Part shown: positions 28,751 to 39,148 of the stretch, piece after piece
Layout of the letters: each line of letters starts with the position of its first letter
Position numbering within the stretch: the first letter of the stretch is position 1
Source: an uncultured Peptococcaceae bacterium
Lineage (GTDB): Bacteria; Bacillota; Peptococcia; Peptococcales; Peptococcaceae
DNA: 64,000 nt
Reading direction: 5' to 3'
Assembly (NCBI GenBank): GCA_910585405.1
Contig: CAJUDO010000012.1
Span: forward strand, 16,105 to 80,104
Position numbers and translations under genes: made by a program
Notes under the pieces: model-generated
The model's input: the letters and a program-made list of their open reading frames with translations, nothing else
Database searches by the model: none
Told to the model about the DNA's origin: nothing

Positions 28751-31231
28751 ATGGAATGTTGTGTTAAAAAGTTAACTTTAACTCCACAAGAACATTGGCA
28801 TTTAAATGGAGTATATCCAGAGATGCAAGAACGGCAGAGAGCATTTCGTATTTATGAGAAAATTAGAAATTGTCCTGTTACAGTAGATATGTATCGTGCA
28901 CGGCTATTTACAGAATCATTTAAGTTGACAGAGGGGCAACCGCTTCATTGGCGATGGGCACAAGCATTAATGCATATTGCGGAAAATATGCCAATTGTAA
29001 TAGATGAAGATGATGTTATCGTGGGAAAAATGACAGGCAAAATGGGACGTTATGCGGTAGTTTATCCTGAATTGGAAGGCCCGACATTATTGGATTTAGA
29101 AAATGCATATGATAGACCATCAAGTCCGGTGAAAATTTCGAGCGAGGACTTGAAAATACTAAAAGAAGAAATCTATCCTTATTGGAAAGATCGAAGTTTT
29201 GCTCAAGATTTTGCAGGAAATCTGCCAGAGGAAACAAGAAGACTGTTATATGGTGATGATCCTAAAAATTTTAGTCCTATGAGTTCTATGATAGGGCAAA
29301 CGGCGACGACAAGATCTACATTAAATTTTAATTTTAATTATGAGTATTTACTTAATCGTGGTATAGCAGCGTTACGTAAGGAATCGGAAATGCATATAAC
29401 AAAAATAGAAAGCGAACCAGCGTTAATTGCCGAAAAAAAATCATTTGTAGATGCCGCACTTTTAACTTGGGATGCATTTAGTTTATTTATAGAGCGGTAT
29501 GGTTTGGAAGCTGAGCGTTTGATAGGGACTGAAAGAAGGGAAACACGCAAGGAAGAATTAAAGGAAATTGTTGATTGTTGTTTATGGATTGCGCATAATG
29601 CTCCAAGAACTTTTAAAGAAGCACTACAATTACAGTGGTTCGTTGTAGTTTTTGCATGTCTAGAGCAGAAAATAGGAGCAGCTTTAGGTAATGGACGCAC
29701 AGATCAACATTTGTATCCATTTTATAAAAATGATATAGAAAATGGCAGATTGACACGTGAAGAGGCAAAACGTTTATTTGAGTATTACTGGTTAAATATG
29801 GCTCAGAATCCGATGGTGCCATTGACCAATTCTGCATCTAAGTCGTTTGAAGCATATGCACATTTCGAAACCGTTACGATTGGTGGAGTTGATAAAAATG
29901 GTAATGATGCAACAAATGAGTTATCTTATGTTATTTTAGAATCTAAAAGAGGCTTTCCGATTCCATATCCAGATTTAGCGGCTAGAATTCATTCTGGAAC
30001 ACCAGATAAATTTTTAAAAGCTTGCTGTGAGGTTATTAAAGATGGGCAAGGATTTCCTAAGTTGTTAAATGATGAAGAAATTGTTCCGTTATATGTTGCT
30101 AAAGGTGCAACGTTAGCGGATGCCTATAATTATGCTTGTTCTGGTTGTACAGAAGTTCGTATTTTTGATAAGGAGACGTATATTACGGGTGGAGGATCTG
30201 TTAATTTAGGTGCCATCATTGAAACGGCATTACACAACGGGCGGATGAAAGTAAAAGGAGAGAAACCAATTGGCGTAGAGACAGGAGACCCTAAAGATTT
30301 TGATAGTTTTGAAAAATTTTATAATGCGATAAATATACAAATGAAGTATGCTTTGAAAAACTTAATTATTCAACAAGTAGTTGCAGAAAAGGTAAAGGCG
30401 AAAAAATTAGCTGCTCCGTTTTGTTCCGTTATGACGAAAGCTTGTAGAGAGCAAGATATTGATATTCACCAATATGTACCAAACAGTTTTAGAACAGCAA
30501 ATATAAATCTAATTGGATATGCTACCTACATCAATTCAGTAGTGGCAATAAAAAAATTAGTATTTGAAGATAAGAAATATACAATGGCAGAGATTCTTGA
30601 AGGAATAGATGCAAATTTTGATGGGTATGAAGTTATGCGACAAGAATTATTACACGCTCCAAAATATGGAAATAATGATAATTATGCCGATTCAGTGGGA
30701 TTAGCCTTAGATAGAGAGGTACAAGAATATTTGGCACAGCATAGGGGTGCTTATGGAGAAATTTTCGAAACAAGAGTAATTCCTATTACTGGACATATCT
30801 CTTATGGTTGGCTAGTACAAGCGACACCAGATGGGAGATTGGCAGGTACGCCTCTTTCGGAAGGCACTGCTGGATCCGCTGGCACAGAAAATAACGGCCC
30901 AACAGCGATTTTACTTTCAAATAAAAAAGTAAAAAATGAAGGGTATGCAGAACGCGCAGCAAGATTATTAAATATTAAATTTAGTCCAAGTGTTGTAGCA
31001 GGAGATGAAGGAACGAGACGTCTGATGTCATTTATTCGTACGTGGTGTGACCTAAAGTTATGGCATGTACAATTTAACATTGTGAATAAAGAGACAATGT
31101 TAAAAGCACAAAAAGATCCAGAGAATTATAAAGATTTAATTGTACGTGTAGCTGGATATAGTGCTTACTTTACAGAGATGACAAAAAAATTGCAGGATGA
31201 AATTATTGAACGTGCAGAATTTGATGTGTAA
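28751..31231 (+). CDS. Glycyl-radical enzyme, PFL2/eliminase (dehydratase/lyase) class
   Basis: C-terminal glycyl-radical motif LIVRVAGYS (Gly codon 31154-31156). Cys loop CSGCTEV with the Cys-x-Glu pair (Cys codon 30146-30148). About 826 aa. AAGGAGG RBS before the ATG at 28751. Confidence 0.9.
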   Translation: MECCVKKLTLTPQEHWHLNGVYPEMQERQRAFRIYEKIRNCPVTVDMYRARLFTESFKLTEGQPLHWRWAQALMHIAENMPIVIDEDDVIVGKMTGKMGRYAVVYPELEGPTLLDLENAYDRPSSPVKISSEDLKILKEEIYPYWKDRSFAQDFAGNLPEETRRLLYGDDPKNFSPMSSMIGQTATTRSTLNFNFNYEYLLNRGIAALRKESEMHITKIESEPALIAEKKSFVDAALLTWDAFSLFIERYGLEAERLIGTERRETRKEELKEIVDCCLWIAHNAPRTFKEALQLQWFVVVFACLEQKIGAALGNGRTDQHLYPFYKNDIENGRLTREEAKRLFEYYWLNMAQNPMVPLTNSASKSFEAYAHFETVTIGGVDKNGNDATNELSYVILESKRGFPIPYPDLAARIHSGTPDKFLKACCEVIKDGQGFPKLLNDEEIVPLYVAKGATLADAYNYACSGCTEVRIFDKETYITGGGSVNLGAIIETALHNGRMKVKGEKPIGVETGDPKDFDSFEKFYNAINIQMKYALKNLIIQQVVAEKVKAKKLAAPFCSVMTKACREQDIDIHQYVPNSFRTANINLIGYATYINSVVAIKKLVFEDKKYTMAEILEGIDANFDGYEVMRQELLHAPKYGNNDNYADSVGLALDREVQEYLAQHRGAYGEIFETRVIPITGHISYGWLVQATPDGRLAGTPLSEGTAGSAGTENNGPTAILLSNKKVKNEGYAERAARLLNIKFSPSVVAGDEGTRRLMSFIRTWCDLKLWHVQFNIVNKETMLKAQKDPENYKDLIVRVAGYSAYFTEMTKKLQDEIIERAEFDV

Positions 31232-31250
31232 AAATGAATGAGGTGTTTAT

Positions 31251-32075
31251 ATGGGAAAACTGGATGGAAAAATAGCGCTTGTGACTGGAGGCAGTCAAGG
31301 GTTAGGAAAAGGAATTGTTGAAGCTTTTTTGTTAGAAGGAGCGAAGGTTGCTTTTTGTGGGAGAAATATGGAAAAGTTAAAAAAGGTTGAAGCACATTTT
31401 AAGACTTTAGGCGATGTCTATGCGATACAATGTGATGTCAGCGATAGTTCAGACGTAAAAAAAATGTTTGCTCAAATAGCTGCACATTACGGAACCTTGG
31501 ATATATTAGTTAATAATGCAGGAAAAACTGGAGGAAGAAATTTACCAAATAATGACAGAGAAAATTATTTTAAGTTGAAAGAGAATGGATGTGAAAAATT
31601 TTCCTTAGAAATTACAAAAAACATGACTGATAGGGAATGGGATGAAAGCGTCAAAATTAATTTATATGGAACGTTTTATTGCACTAGGGAAGCCTTAAAA
31701 ATTATGGAGCAAAAAAAATATGGAAAAATTATAAATGTAGTTTCTACAGGCGGAATTGATAATACTAGCCCACATTCTCCAAACTATGTTGCAGCAAAAG
31801 GTGGAGTAGTAGCATTTACGAAAAATCTAGCAGTGGAAGTTATCGGTGCAGGTGTAATTGTAAATGCCATTGCTCCAGGCGCTATTATGTCAGAGGGGTA
31901 TGATAGGGTCTTAGCATCAGCTGGTGATGACTTTAAAAATAGGTTGTTGAAAGCAATTCCGGCTGGAAGGTTAGGAACTGTGCAAGAACATGCTTCTTTA
32001 GTTGTGTATTTAGCTAGCGATGAAGCAAATTATATTGTAGGGCAAATAATAGCTGCTAATGGTGGGGTATGTTAG
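31251..32075 (+). CDS. SDR-family NAD(P)-dependent oxidoreductase with an atypical insertion
   Basis: TGGSQGLG cofactor motif, NNAG, catalytic YVAAK. About 24 extra residues between NNAG and the following helix. Confidence 0.85.
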   Translation: MGKLDGKIALVTGGSQGLGKGIVEAFLLEGAKVAFCGRNMEKLKKVEAHFKTLGDVYAIQCDVSDSSDVKKMFAQIAAHYGTLDILVNNAGKTGGRNLPNNDRENYFKLKENGCEKFSLEITKNMTDREWDESVKINLYGTFYCTREALKIMEQKKYGKIINVVSTGGIDNTSPHSPNYVAAKGGVVAFTKNLAVEVIGAGVIVNAIAPGAIMSEGYDRVLASAGDDFKNRLLKAIPAGRLGTVQEHASLVVYLASDEANYIVGQIIAANGGVC

Positions 32076-32540
32076 GTTAGTGCGTAATTGATTTAGGAAT
32101 TTGTTCGCACTTTCCAGCCAGTATAAACGGAGATAAATAATGAAACTGTTTCAGGTATGAAATAAAAATAATATAAGATTTATGAATCATTATAAATGGG
32201 CAGAGCCGGGTTTTTTGGTTCTGCTCATAGTTATATTATTACGGTATTTTCAAAATGTATTAAAAAACTGTCCTGTTAGCTAACTCTTATAGATTCTTGA
32301 GATAATTTTATTTTTTATGGAAAAAATCTTGTATTTCTAATTTTGATTTTGTAAAAAATAATGTGGACGCGGGACAAGTTTATATATGGTGATGGATTCA
32401 TAATAGAAGTTAAAATATGGATATTATCTATACTTCTGAGTAAACAATGAAACCTTTGAATACATAGTATATTTTTCACCAAATAGTTCTTTATTAGGAA
32501 AAGAAAGAGGAATCCTCTTTTTGCTGCCGAATCTTCTTAT

Positions 32541-33440
32541 GTGGATAACATATGCAAATCAAAAGGGGCGAGTGGTGTGGTGAAGGAATGGTGCCGACAC
32601 AGAAAGCTGCGAATGTTTCAGGTCATGATGGGGCTGGGTTTGCTGGCAGGTGCGCTGTTGTGCTATAGCTTTTTTATAGAACCTTATCTGTTGGTTGTGC
32701 GGCATTATCAGATACAGGTGCAGGAAAGTGGTGAGGAGAGAGTGCGGCTGGTACAAATTTCTGATTTACAGTTGGGCGAAAATTATTCTTTGCAGCAGTT
32801 ACGCAAGGTCGTGAATAAAATACAAAAGCAGCGTCCTGATGTGATTATTTTCAGCGGCGATTTGTTTGAGGACTACAAGCTTTGCGGCGCGGAGCTGGAG
32901 GAAGATGTCACAGCGCTTTTGGGAGAACTGGAGGCGCCGCTGGGCAAATATGCGGTGTGGGGCAATCGGGATTACGGCGGCGGCGCAGAGCGGGCTTATC
33001 GGAGAATCATGCAGGCATCTGGTTTTCATTTGCTTTGCAATGCCTATGAAACGGTACAGCTTGCCGACGGACAAGAGATGTTGTTGTGCGGCCTGGATGA
33101 CAGTCTATTTGGTAAGCCGGACAGCAGTATTTTTGCAGAATTTGCTGGGCAGGAATCTAGTTATCGTATTCTGTTGCTCCATGAGCCGGACGTAGCGCAG
33201 CTGCTGAGCTATTCAGATTTTCATCTCATTCTTGCGGGGCACAGTCATGGCGGACAGGTGCGGTTGCCATTTTTCGGCGGTTTGAAGACGGTACTGGCGC
33301 AGGAATATGTGCGCCATTTCTATACGCTGAATGAAAAAACAGGTCTACGGCTATATGTGAATACCGGATTGGGCACTTCTCATCTTGCGGTGCGTTTTGG
33401 CGTACCTCCGGAAATTGCCGTGTTTGAGATACAGCTTTGA
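32541..33440 (+). CDS. Membrane-anchored metallophosphoesterase (YkuE-like)
   Basis: ISDLQLG, GDLFED, GNRDYG and AGHSHGGQ calcineurin-like motifs. Start codon is uncertain (GTG at 32541 or later). Confidence 0.75.
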   Translation: MDNICKSKGASGVVKEWCRHRKLRMFQVMMGLGLLAGALLCYSFFIEPYLLVVRHYQIQVQESGEERVRLVQISDLQLGENYSLQQLRKVVNKIQKQRPDVIIFSGDLFEDYKLCGAELEEDVTALLGELEAPLGKYAVWGNRDYGGGAERAYRRIMQASGFHLLCNAYETVQLADGQEMLLCGLDDSLFGKPDSSIFAEFAGQESSYRILLLHEPDVAQLLSYSDFHLILAGHSHGGQVRLPFFGGLKTVLAQEYVRHFYTLNEKTGLRLYVNTGLGTSHLAVRFGVPPEIAVFEIQL

Positions 33441-33530
33441 TAAAAAATGCAGTGAAACAGGCTCTAGGGACATTTTGTCTGCATATATAATATTGTTATA
33501 GTATTTTTATCCGTTTCTCTTGTTAATTCT

Positions 33531-35273
33531 ATGAAAATAGATTATAATATAGAGGTTAGTTTGGTCGGTGCAATATCAAAAATAGTAAGGAGGTTTCTGG
33601 TCATTAAGAATAAAAATTATGATGGCGTCAGTATTATTCCTTTGGGCGGATTGGGTGAAATCGGGAAAAATATGACAGCAATCAAATGTAACAATGAAAT
33701 TCTTATTATCGATGCCGGGCTGATGTTTCCGGAAGAAGAATTGCTGGGCATTGATATCGTAATTCCCGATCTCAGTTATTTACTGGAAAACAGGGACATG
33801 GTAAAAGGGGTAGTGATTACACACGGACATGAAGATCATATCGGTGGTCTGCCCTATTTGCTGCGAGAAATAAACGTACCTGTTTACAGCATGAAGCTTA
33901 CGATCGGTTTAATTGAGGCAAAACTAAAAGAGACGACATTTGTGAACGTTCCTCGTTTACATGTGGTCAGACCGCGGCAGGAGTTTAAGGTGGGATCATT
34001 TCGGGTTGAATTGGTACGTACCTGCCATAGTATTCCTGATGCGGTGGCGGTGGCGGTGCATACGCCTTACGGGATTATTTTCCACTCTGGAGATTTTAAA
34101 TTTGACCAAACGCCGATTGATGGCCATGCTATAGACTATCAACGTATTGCGGAGTTGGGAAATAAGGGCGTGCTGGCCTTTTTGTCTGACAGCACCAATG
34201 TGGAGCGGCCCGGATACAGTACATCGGAAAAAACCGTGGGCGAGAATTTTGATAATATTTTCCGCTCAGCCAAGGAGCGCATTGTGATTGCAACTTTTGC
34301 TTCCAATGTGCACCGGATTCAGCAGGTGATCAATGCTGCCTGTCAGTATGGCCGGAAGGTGGCGATTGCTGGACGCAGCATGGTGAATATTGCAAATGTA
34401 TCTCAGGAACTGGGGTATTTGCAGGTGCCGCCAAACACGATTATTGAGCTGGATGAGTTGGATCAATATCCGCGCAATGAGGTCGTTTTGCTCACGACAG
34501 GCAGTCAGGGCGAGCCCATGTCTGCACTGACTCGTATGGCCATGTCCGATCATCGCCGGGTAAAAATTGAAGAGGGCGATACGGTAATTCTTTCAGCTTC
34601 ACCCATTCCGGGCAACGAGAAATTGGTGTCCCGCGTAATTGATATGCTGTACCGTTTGGGTGCAAGGGTGATTGCCGGTTCCAACAACGGTGTGCATACT
34701 TCTGGGCATGCCTGCAGAGAAGAATTAAAAATGATGATTAATTTGGTAAAGCCCAAGTATTTCATTCCGGTGCACGGCGAATATCGTATGCTGGTGAAGC
34801 ATAAACAGCTGGCGGTAGAAGTAGGGATGCCGGAAGAAAATGTGTTTATCGCGGAGAATGGCAGTGTGATTGAGTTGAATGACCAAAAAGGCGCCATTAC
34901 CGGAAAAGTAACCGCTGGGCGGGTATTGATTGACGGCTTGGGTGTAGGCGATGTAGGCAATATTGTATTGCGTGACCGCAAGCAACTATCACAGGATGGG
35001 ATTTTGATTGTGGTCGTGACGCTGGATCGCCAGAATCATGCCATTGCCGCAGGGCCGGATATTGTATCGCGGGGCTTTGTGTACGTGCGGGAGGCGGATG
35101 AGCTGATGGCCGGTGCCAAGGAGCGCGTGACGCAGAGTCTGGAAAAATATCTGGAGCGCAATATTGTGGATTGGTCCAGCTTGAAAAGCGGTTTGCGGGA
35201 TAGCTTGAGCAAATATCTTTATGAAAAAACGCGACGTAGACCGATGATTTTACCGATCATTCAAGAAATCTAA
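33531..35273 (+). CDS. rnj: Ribonuclease J
   Basis: Metallo-beta-lactamase HGHEDHIGG, beta-CASP and C-terminal domains. The true start is probably near 33597-33603 (see finding). Confidence 0.9.
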   Translation: MKIDYNIEVSLVGAISKIVRRFLVIKNKNYDGVSIIPLGGLGEIGKNMTAIKCNNEILIIDAGLMFPEEELLGIDIVIPDLSYLLENRDMVKGVVITHGHEDHIGGLPYLLREINVPVYSMKLTIGLIEAKLKETTFVNVPRLHVVRPRQEFKVGSFRVELVRTCHSIPDAVAVAVHTPYGIIFHSGDFKFDQTPIDGHAIDYQRIAELGNKGVLAFLSDSTNVERPGYSTSEKTVGENFDNIFRSAKERIVIATFASNVHRIQQVINAACQYGRKVAIAGRSMVNIANVSQELGYLQVPPNTIIELDELDQYPRNEVVLLTTGSQGEPMSALTRMAMSDHRRVKIEEGDTVILSASPIPGNEKLVSRVIDMLYRLGARVIAGSNNGVHTSGHACREELKMMINLVKPKYFIPVHGEYRMLVKHKQLAVEVGMPEENVFIAENGSVIELNDQKGAITGKVTAGRVLIDGLGVGDVGNIVLRDRKQLSQDGILIVVVTLDRQNHAIAAGPDIVSRGFVYVREADELMAGAKERVTQSLEKYLERNIVDWSSLKSGLRDSLSKYLYEKTRRRPMILPIIQEI

Positions 35274-35291
35274 AAAAGTATGTCCTATGGA

Positions 35292-35338
35292 AAGCACCCT
35301 GCAGTGGCTGATACAAGTCGCTGCAGGGTGCTTTTATA
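35292..35338 (+). terminator. Intrinsic terminator after rnj
   Basis: AAGCACCCTGCAG-16 nt-CTGCAGGGTGCTT followed by TTATAT. Confidence 0.65.
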
Positions 35339-35495
35339 TGGTGAAAAGATTTTTTTCGGTGTTGTGCCTGTGTGCAAGATTTTTTGGGATAGCTATTGCA
35401 AAACGCCAAGACAAGGATTTTTTTTTCGCATAAAAACAGGCGACTTCTTTCATACTATGGATGCAATATTTTTGTTGTGCAGAGGAGGAGATTGC

Positions 35496-36182
35496 ATGTC
35501 AGAGGAAGAAGTACAAGAACCAGAGGTATTATTGGAGAATTACGGGACCACGGCGTTGCCTGCTGCGTCAGATGCCCCCATTCATTGTCTCACTATCATC
35601 GGTCAGATTGAGGGGCATATGATTTTGCCCCAAAACAATAAAACGACCAAATATGAACACTTGATTCCCCAGTTGGTAGCCATTGAACAGGATGAAAAGG
35701 TAAAAGGCGTTTTGATTGTGTTGAATACTGCTGGCGGTGATGTAGAGTCAGGTTTGGCCATTGCGGAGGCCATTCGCGGCTTGAGCAAGCCTAAGGTGTC
35801 TATTGTGATGGGCGGCGGACACAGTATTGGCGTGCCCATTGCAGTGGCCAGCGACTATTCTTTTATTGCGCCCAGTGCGACGATGACTATTCACCCGGTA
35901 CGACTTACTGGTATGGTGATTGGTGTGCCGGCTACCATGGAATATATGGAGCGGATGCAGGACAGAGTGGTGGCCTTTGTGACGGCCAACTCTCATATTG
36001 ACGAGCAGACTTTTCGGCGTCTGATGCTTACAGTGGGCGAATTGTCTCAAGACATTGGCACTGTGATTGTGGGCAAAAAGGCGGTGGAATATGGTCTGAT
36101 TGATGAGGTGGGCAGTATTCACGAGGCAATGCATAAGCTGAATGCGCTGATTAATGAGCGGGAGGCTGCGTGTCATGACTGA
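35496..36182 (+). CDS. tepA: ClpP-fold protease family protein (TepA-like)
   Basis: GQIEGH ... [15 protein letters not shown] ... MGGGHSIG. rnj-tepA-ylzJ order as in Bacillus. GGAGGAG RBS before the ATG at 35496. Confidence 0.75.
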   Translation: MSEEEVQEPEVLLENYGTTALPAASDAPIHCLTIIGQIEGHMILPQNNKTTKYEHLIPQLVAIEQDEKVKGVLIVLNTAGGDVESGLAIAEAIRGLSKPKVSIVMGGGHSIGVPIAVASDYSFIAPSATMTIHPVRLTGMVIGVPATMEYMERMQDRVVAFVTANSHIDEQTFRRLMLTVGELSQDIGTVIVGKKAVEYGLIDEVGSIHEAMHKLNALINEREAACHD

Positions 36183-36402
36183 TGTATATTATACGCTGAT
36201 GCCGCCCCAGATGGTTTTTTTTGATGAGAAAGCGGTTCCTGAAAGTCAGTTGCTTTGTTATAAAGGTGTCAATTTGTATGCCCGTCCCTATGACGCCAGT
36301 CATTATCAGATTACGGGACTGTGCACGACCAATCCGAAGTATTATTTGTCAAGGGAACTGCAGCCCGGTGCATTGATTCCCATCTTGGGAAAAAGCAGAT
36401 GA
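36175..36402 (+). CDS. YlzJ-like small protein
   Basis: [17 protein letters not shown]-terminus. Position directly after tepA. Confidence 0.5.
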   Translation: MTDVYYTLMPPQMVFFDEKAVPESQLLCYKGVNLYARPYDASHYQITGLCTTNPKYYLSRELQPGALIPILGKSR

Positions 36403-36481
36403 AATCATAGTTCCATTGCTGAAGAAGTATGATATAATAAAGTGATATTTTAGTTGAGCGCGGAGGGAGGAGAGCATAGAG

Positions 36482-37765
36482 ATGGTATGGGAAACAGGGC
36501 ATGATACTGCGGAACAAAAGGAACGGGCTGTGCTGGTGCTGCTACCGGAGTCTAAGGACCGCTGGCAGGAAGAGGACATGCTGCAGGAGTTGACGGAATT
36601 AGGCAGAACGGCAGGCCTGGATGTGGTGGATCATGTGATTCAGCATCGCAGTGTGCCGGACGCAGCGTATTGCATCGGCAGAGGAAAGCTGGAAGAGGTA
36701 CGGCAGTTATGCTTGACCTGGGATGCGACCTGTGTTGTATTTGACCGATCTTTGTCTCCCTCGCAGTTGTACAATATAGGTAAGGCGCTGGATTTGAAAG
36801 TACTGGATAAGACGATGCTGATTCTGGATATTTTTGTGCAGAGAGCCCGCAGCCGCGAAGGCAAGCTGCAGGTAGAACTGGCCCAGGCCAATTATCTCTT
36901 GCCGCGGCTTTTAGGCCAGGGGATGAATTTGTCCCGGCAGGGCGGCGGCAGTAAAGGTGGTGTGGGCAACCGCGGCCCTGGTGAGACCAAGCTGGAGACC
37001 GACAGGCGTCGGATACGGCAGCGGATTCAGATGGTGGAGCGGGAGCTCAAAGAGGTGCGGAAACAACGGGCGGTACAGCAAAAGAGCAAGCTGAAAGGCG
37101 GTCTGCCCTTGATTTCGCTGGTGGGATATACCAATGCGGGAAAATCTTCGCTTTTAAATACGCTTACCGACGAACAGATTTATGCGGAAGATCAATTGTT
37201 TGCGACGCTGGATCCTACAACACGGGCTTTTTATCTACCTGGTGGCAGCAAGGCGCTGCTTACCGACACGGTAGGCTTTATTCGCGATTTGCCGCCGCAG
37301 CTGATAGAAGCTTTTAAGGCTACGTTGGACGAGTTGCAGTATGCGGATTTATTGCTGCATGTGGTGGATCTCAGCAATTCCAATTTTCAGAATCAGCTGC
37401 AGGAGGTGGAGGAGATTCTCCTGCAGTTGAATCTGCAGGAAAAGCCGCGGATTTTTGTCTTTAACAAAATTGATATGCTGGACGAACTGCCGTCTGTAGG
37501 TCAGGGCTTGGAGCGGGAGAGCTGCTGCTATGTGTCGGCGGTCTCTGGGCAGGGGATTCCTGCGCTGTTGGAGATGATGGAAGCCCGGCTGATCAAGACT
37601 GTTAGCTGTAAGGTGCAGCTGCCTGTGGCAGAAGGACGTCTGCTGTACAAAGCTTATGAGACGGGAAGTGTCCGTGATCTGGAGTATACGGAAGCGGGTA
37701 TTTGCTTTACATGGAGTGGCAGAGGGGAGAAGATACCTCCCGAATTTGCAGAATTCTGTCTGTAG
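36482..37765 (+). CDS. hflX: GTPase HflX
   Basis: HflX N-domain, G1 GYTNAGKSS, DTVGF. Confidence 0.9.
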   Translation: MVWETGHDTAEQKERAVLVLLPESKDRWQEEDMLQELTELGRTAGLDVVDHVIQHRSVPDAAYCIGRGKLEEVRQLCLTWDATCVVFDRSLSPSQLYNIGKALDLKVLDKTMLILDIFVQRARSREGKLQVELAQANYLLPRLLGQGMNLSRQGGGSKGGVGNRGPGETKLETDRRRIRQRIQMVERELKEVRKQRAVQQKSKLKGGLPLISLVGYTNAGKSSLLNTLTDEQIYAEDQLFATLDPTTRAFYLPGGSKALLTDTVGFIRDLPPQLIEAFKATLDELQYADLLLHVVDLSNSNFQNQLQEVEEILLQLNLQEKPRIFVFNKIDMLDELPSVGQGLERESCCYVSAVSGQGIPALLEMMEARLIKTVSCKVQLPVAEGRLLYKAYETGSVRDLEYTEAGICFTWSGRGEKIPPEFAEFCL

Positions 37766-37849
37766 CATTGGGCTGTATTGCTGCGGACAGCGGCAAAAGT
37801 GCATAAAGAGTTTGAAAATTCATATACTATAGAACGAGGTAAGTAGCAA

Positions 37850-39118
37850 ATGAACGATTATTTTTCATCATTACAAAAGAAATATCATATCAGTGATGGG
37901 CTGATGGAGCAGATTGTGCAGGCCTATGCAAAGGTGCAGCCTTATTGGCAGTCTATGGGCAATCAGACGTGGACTGCGCAGATTAAAATTTTAGACGCTT
38001 TTCAAAAGCATCAGGCATCGGATTTTCATCTGAATGGTTCGACTGGATATGGCTATGGGGATACAGGCAGAGATATTTTGGAATTGATTTGGGCGGATAT
38101 TTTTAAGGCAGAAAAAGCTTTGGTACGCTCTAATATTGCATCGGGAACTCATGCATTGGCGCTGGGCCTTTTCGGCAATCTGCTGCCGGGCGATACCTTT
38201 GTTTCTATCAGCGGAGCGCCTTATGATACGTTACAGACCATTATTGGTCATGATCGGGAAGCGGGAACATTGTCGGAGCTGGGCGTACAGCATAAGGTTG
38301 TGGAGTTGGTTGACGACGATTTTGATTTTGACGGGATTGCCAAAACGGTGACGCCTGATGTGAAAATGGTGTGTATTCAGCGCTCGCGGGGATACAGCTG
38401 GCGGAAATCTCTGAGTATTTCCAAAATTGCCAAGGCTATTGACTTTGTAAAGCAGATTGATCCCAATATTATTTGTTTTGTGGATAATTGCTACGGAGAG
38501 TTTGTGGAATTGCAGGAACCGTTGGAGGTAGGCGCCGATCTGATTGCCGGTTCGTTGATTAAAAATCCTGGAGGCGGGTTGGCGCCTCGGGGAGGCTATG
38601 TGGCTGGCCGTGCAGATTTGGTGGATCGGGCTGCCGCGCGTCTGACGGCGCCGGGAATTGCGGAGGATGTTGGTTCGGCACTGGATTTTAACCGCTTAGC
38701 GTTTCAAGGGCTGTTTATGGCGCCACTTATCGTAGAGCAGGCGATGAAAGGTGCTATTTTTGCAGCGCAGCTGCTGAGCCAGTTGGGGTATAAGGTGTCA
38801 CCGGAAGCTGATGCGTCCCGCACAGACATTATTCAGGCAATCCAACTGGATGAACCCGATGCAGTGCGGCGTTTCTGCAAAGGGATCCAAATGGCTTCAC
38901 CATTGGATGCTCATGTGACGCCTTATGATGCAGAGTTGCCGGGATATGATGATCCTGTGATTATGGCGGGCGGTACATTTGTGCAGGGTTCTTCCATTGA
39001 GATGAGTATTGACGGCCCTATGCGGGAGCCGTATATCGTCTATATGCAAGGCGGGTTGTCAGTGGCCCATGTGATTGCCGGAGTTGTGGCAGCAGTGGGT
39101 CAAATGGAGCAAAAATAG
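37850..39118 (+). CDS. YnbB-type methionine gamma-lyase family (aluminium-resistance) protein
   Basis: Overall match to the YnbB family. Conserved hflX-ynbB synteny. Confidence 0.75.
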   Translation: MNDYFSSLQKKYHISDGLMEQIVQAYAKVQPYWQSMGNQTWTAQIKILDAFQKHQASDFHLNGSTGYGYGDTGRDILELIWADIFKAEKALVRSNIASGTHALALGLFGNLLPGDTFVSISGAPYDTLQTIIGHDREAGTLSELGVQHKVVELVDDDFDFDGIAKTVTPDVKMVCIQRSRGYSWRKSLSISKIAKAIDFVKQIDPNIICFVDNCYGEFVELQEPLEVGADLIAGSLIKNPGGGLAPRGGYVAGRADLVDRAAARLTAPGIAEDVGSALDFNRLAFQGLFMAPLIVEQAMKGAIFAAQLLSQLGYKVSPEADASRTDIIQAIQLDEPDAVRRFCKGIQMASPLDAHVTPYDAELPGYDDPVIMAGGTFVQGSSIEMSIDGPMREPYIVYMQGGLSVAHVIAGVVAAVGQMEQK

Positions 39119-39148
39119 TGGGAAAGCACAGCAGAGGGGTGGATTGCA

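Noticed and set aside
35280-35495. N-terminal 72-aa extension of the TepA-like ORF.
   Set aside because: It overlaps the rnj terminator hairpin. The ATG at 35496 has a GGAGGAG RBS and begins the conserved region.
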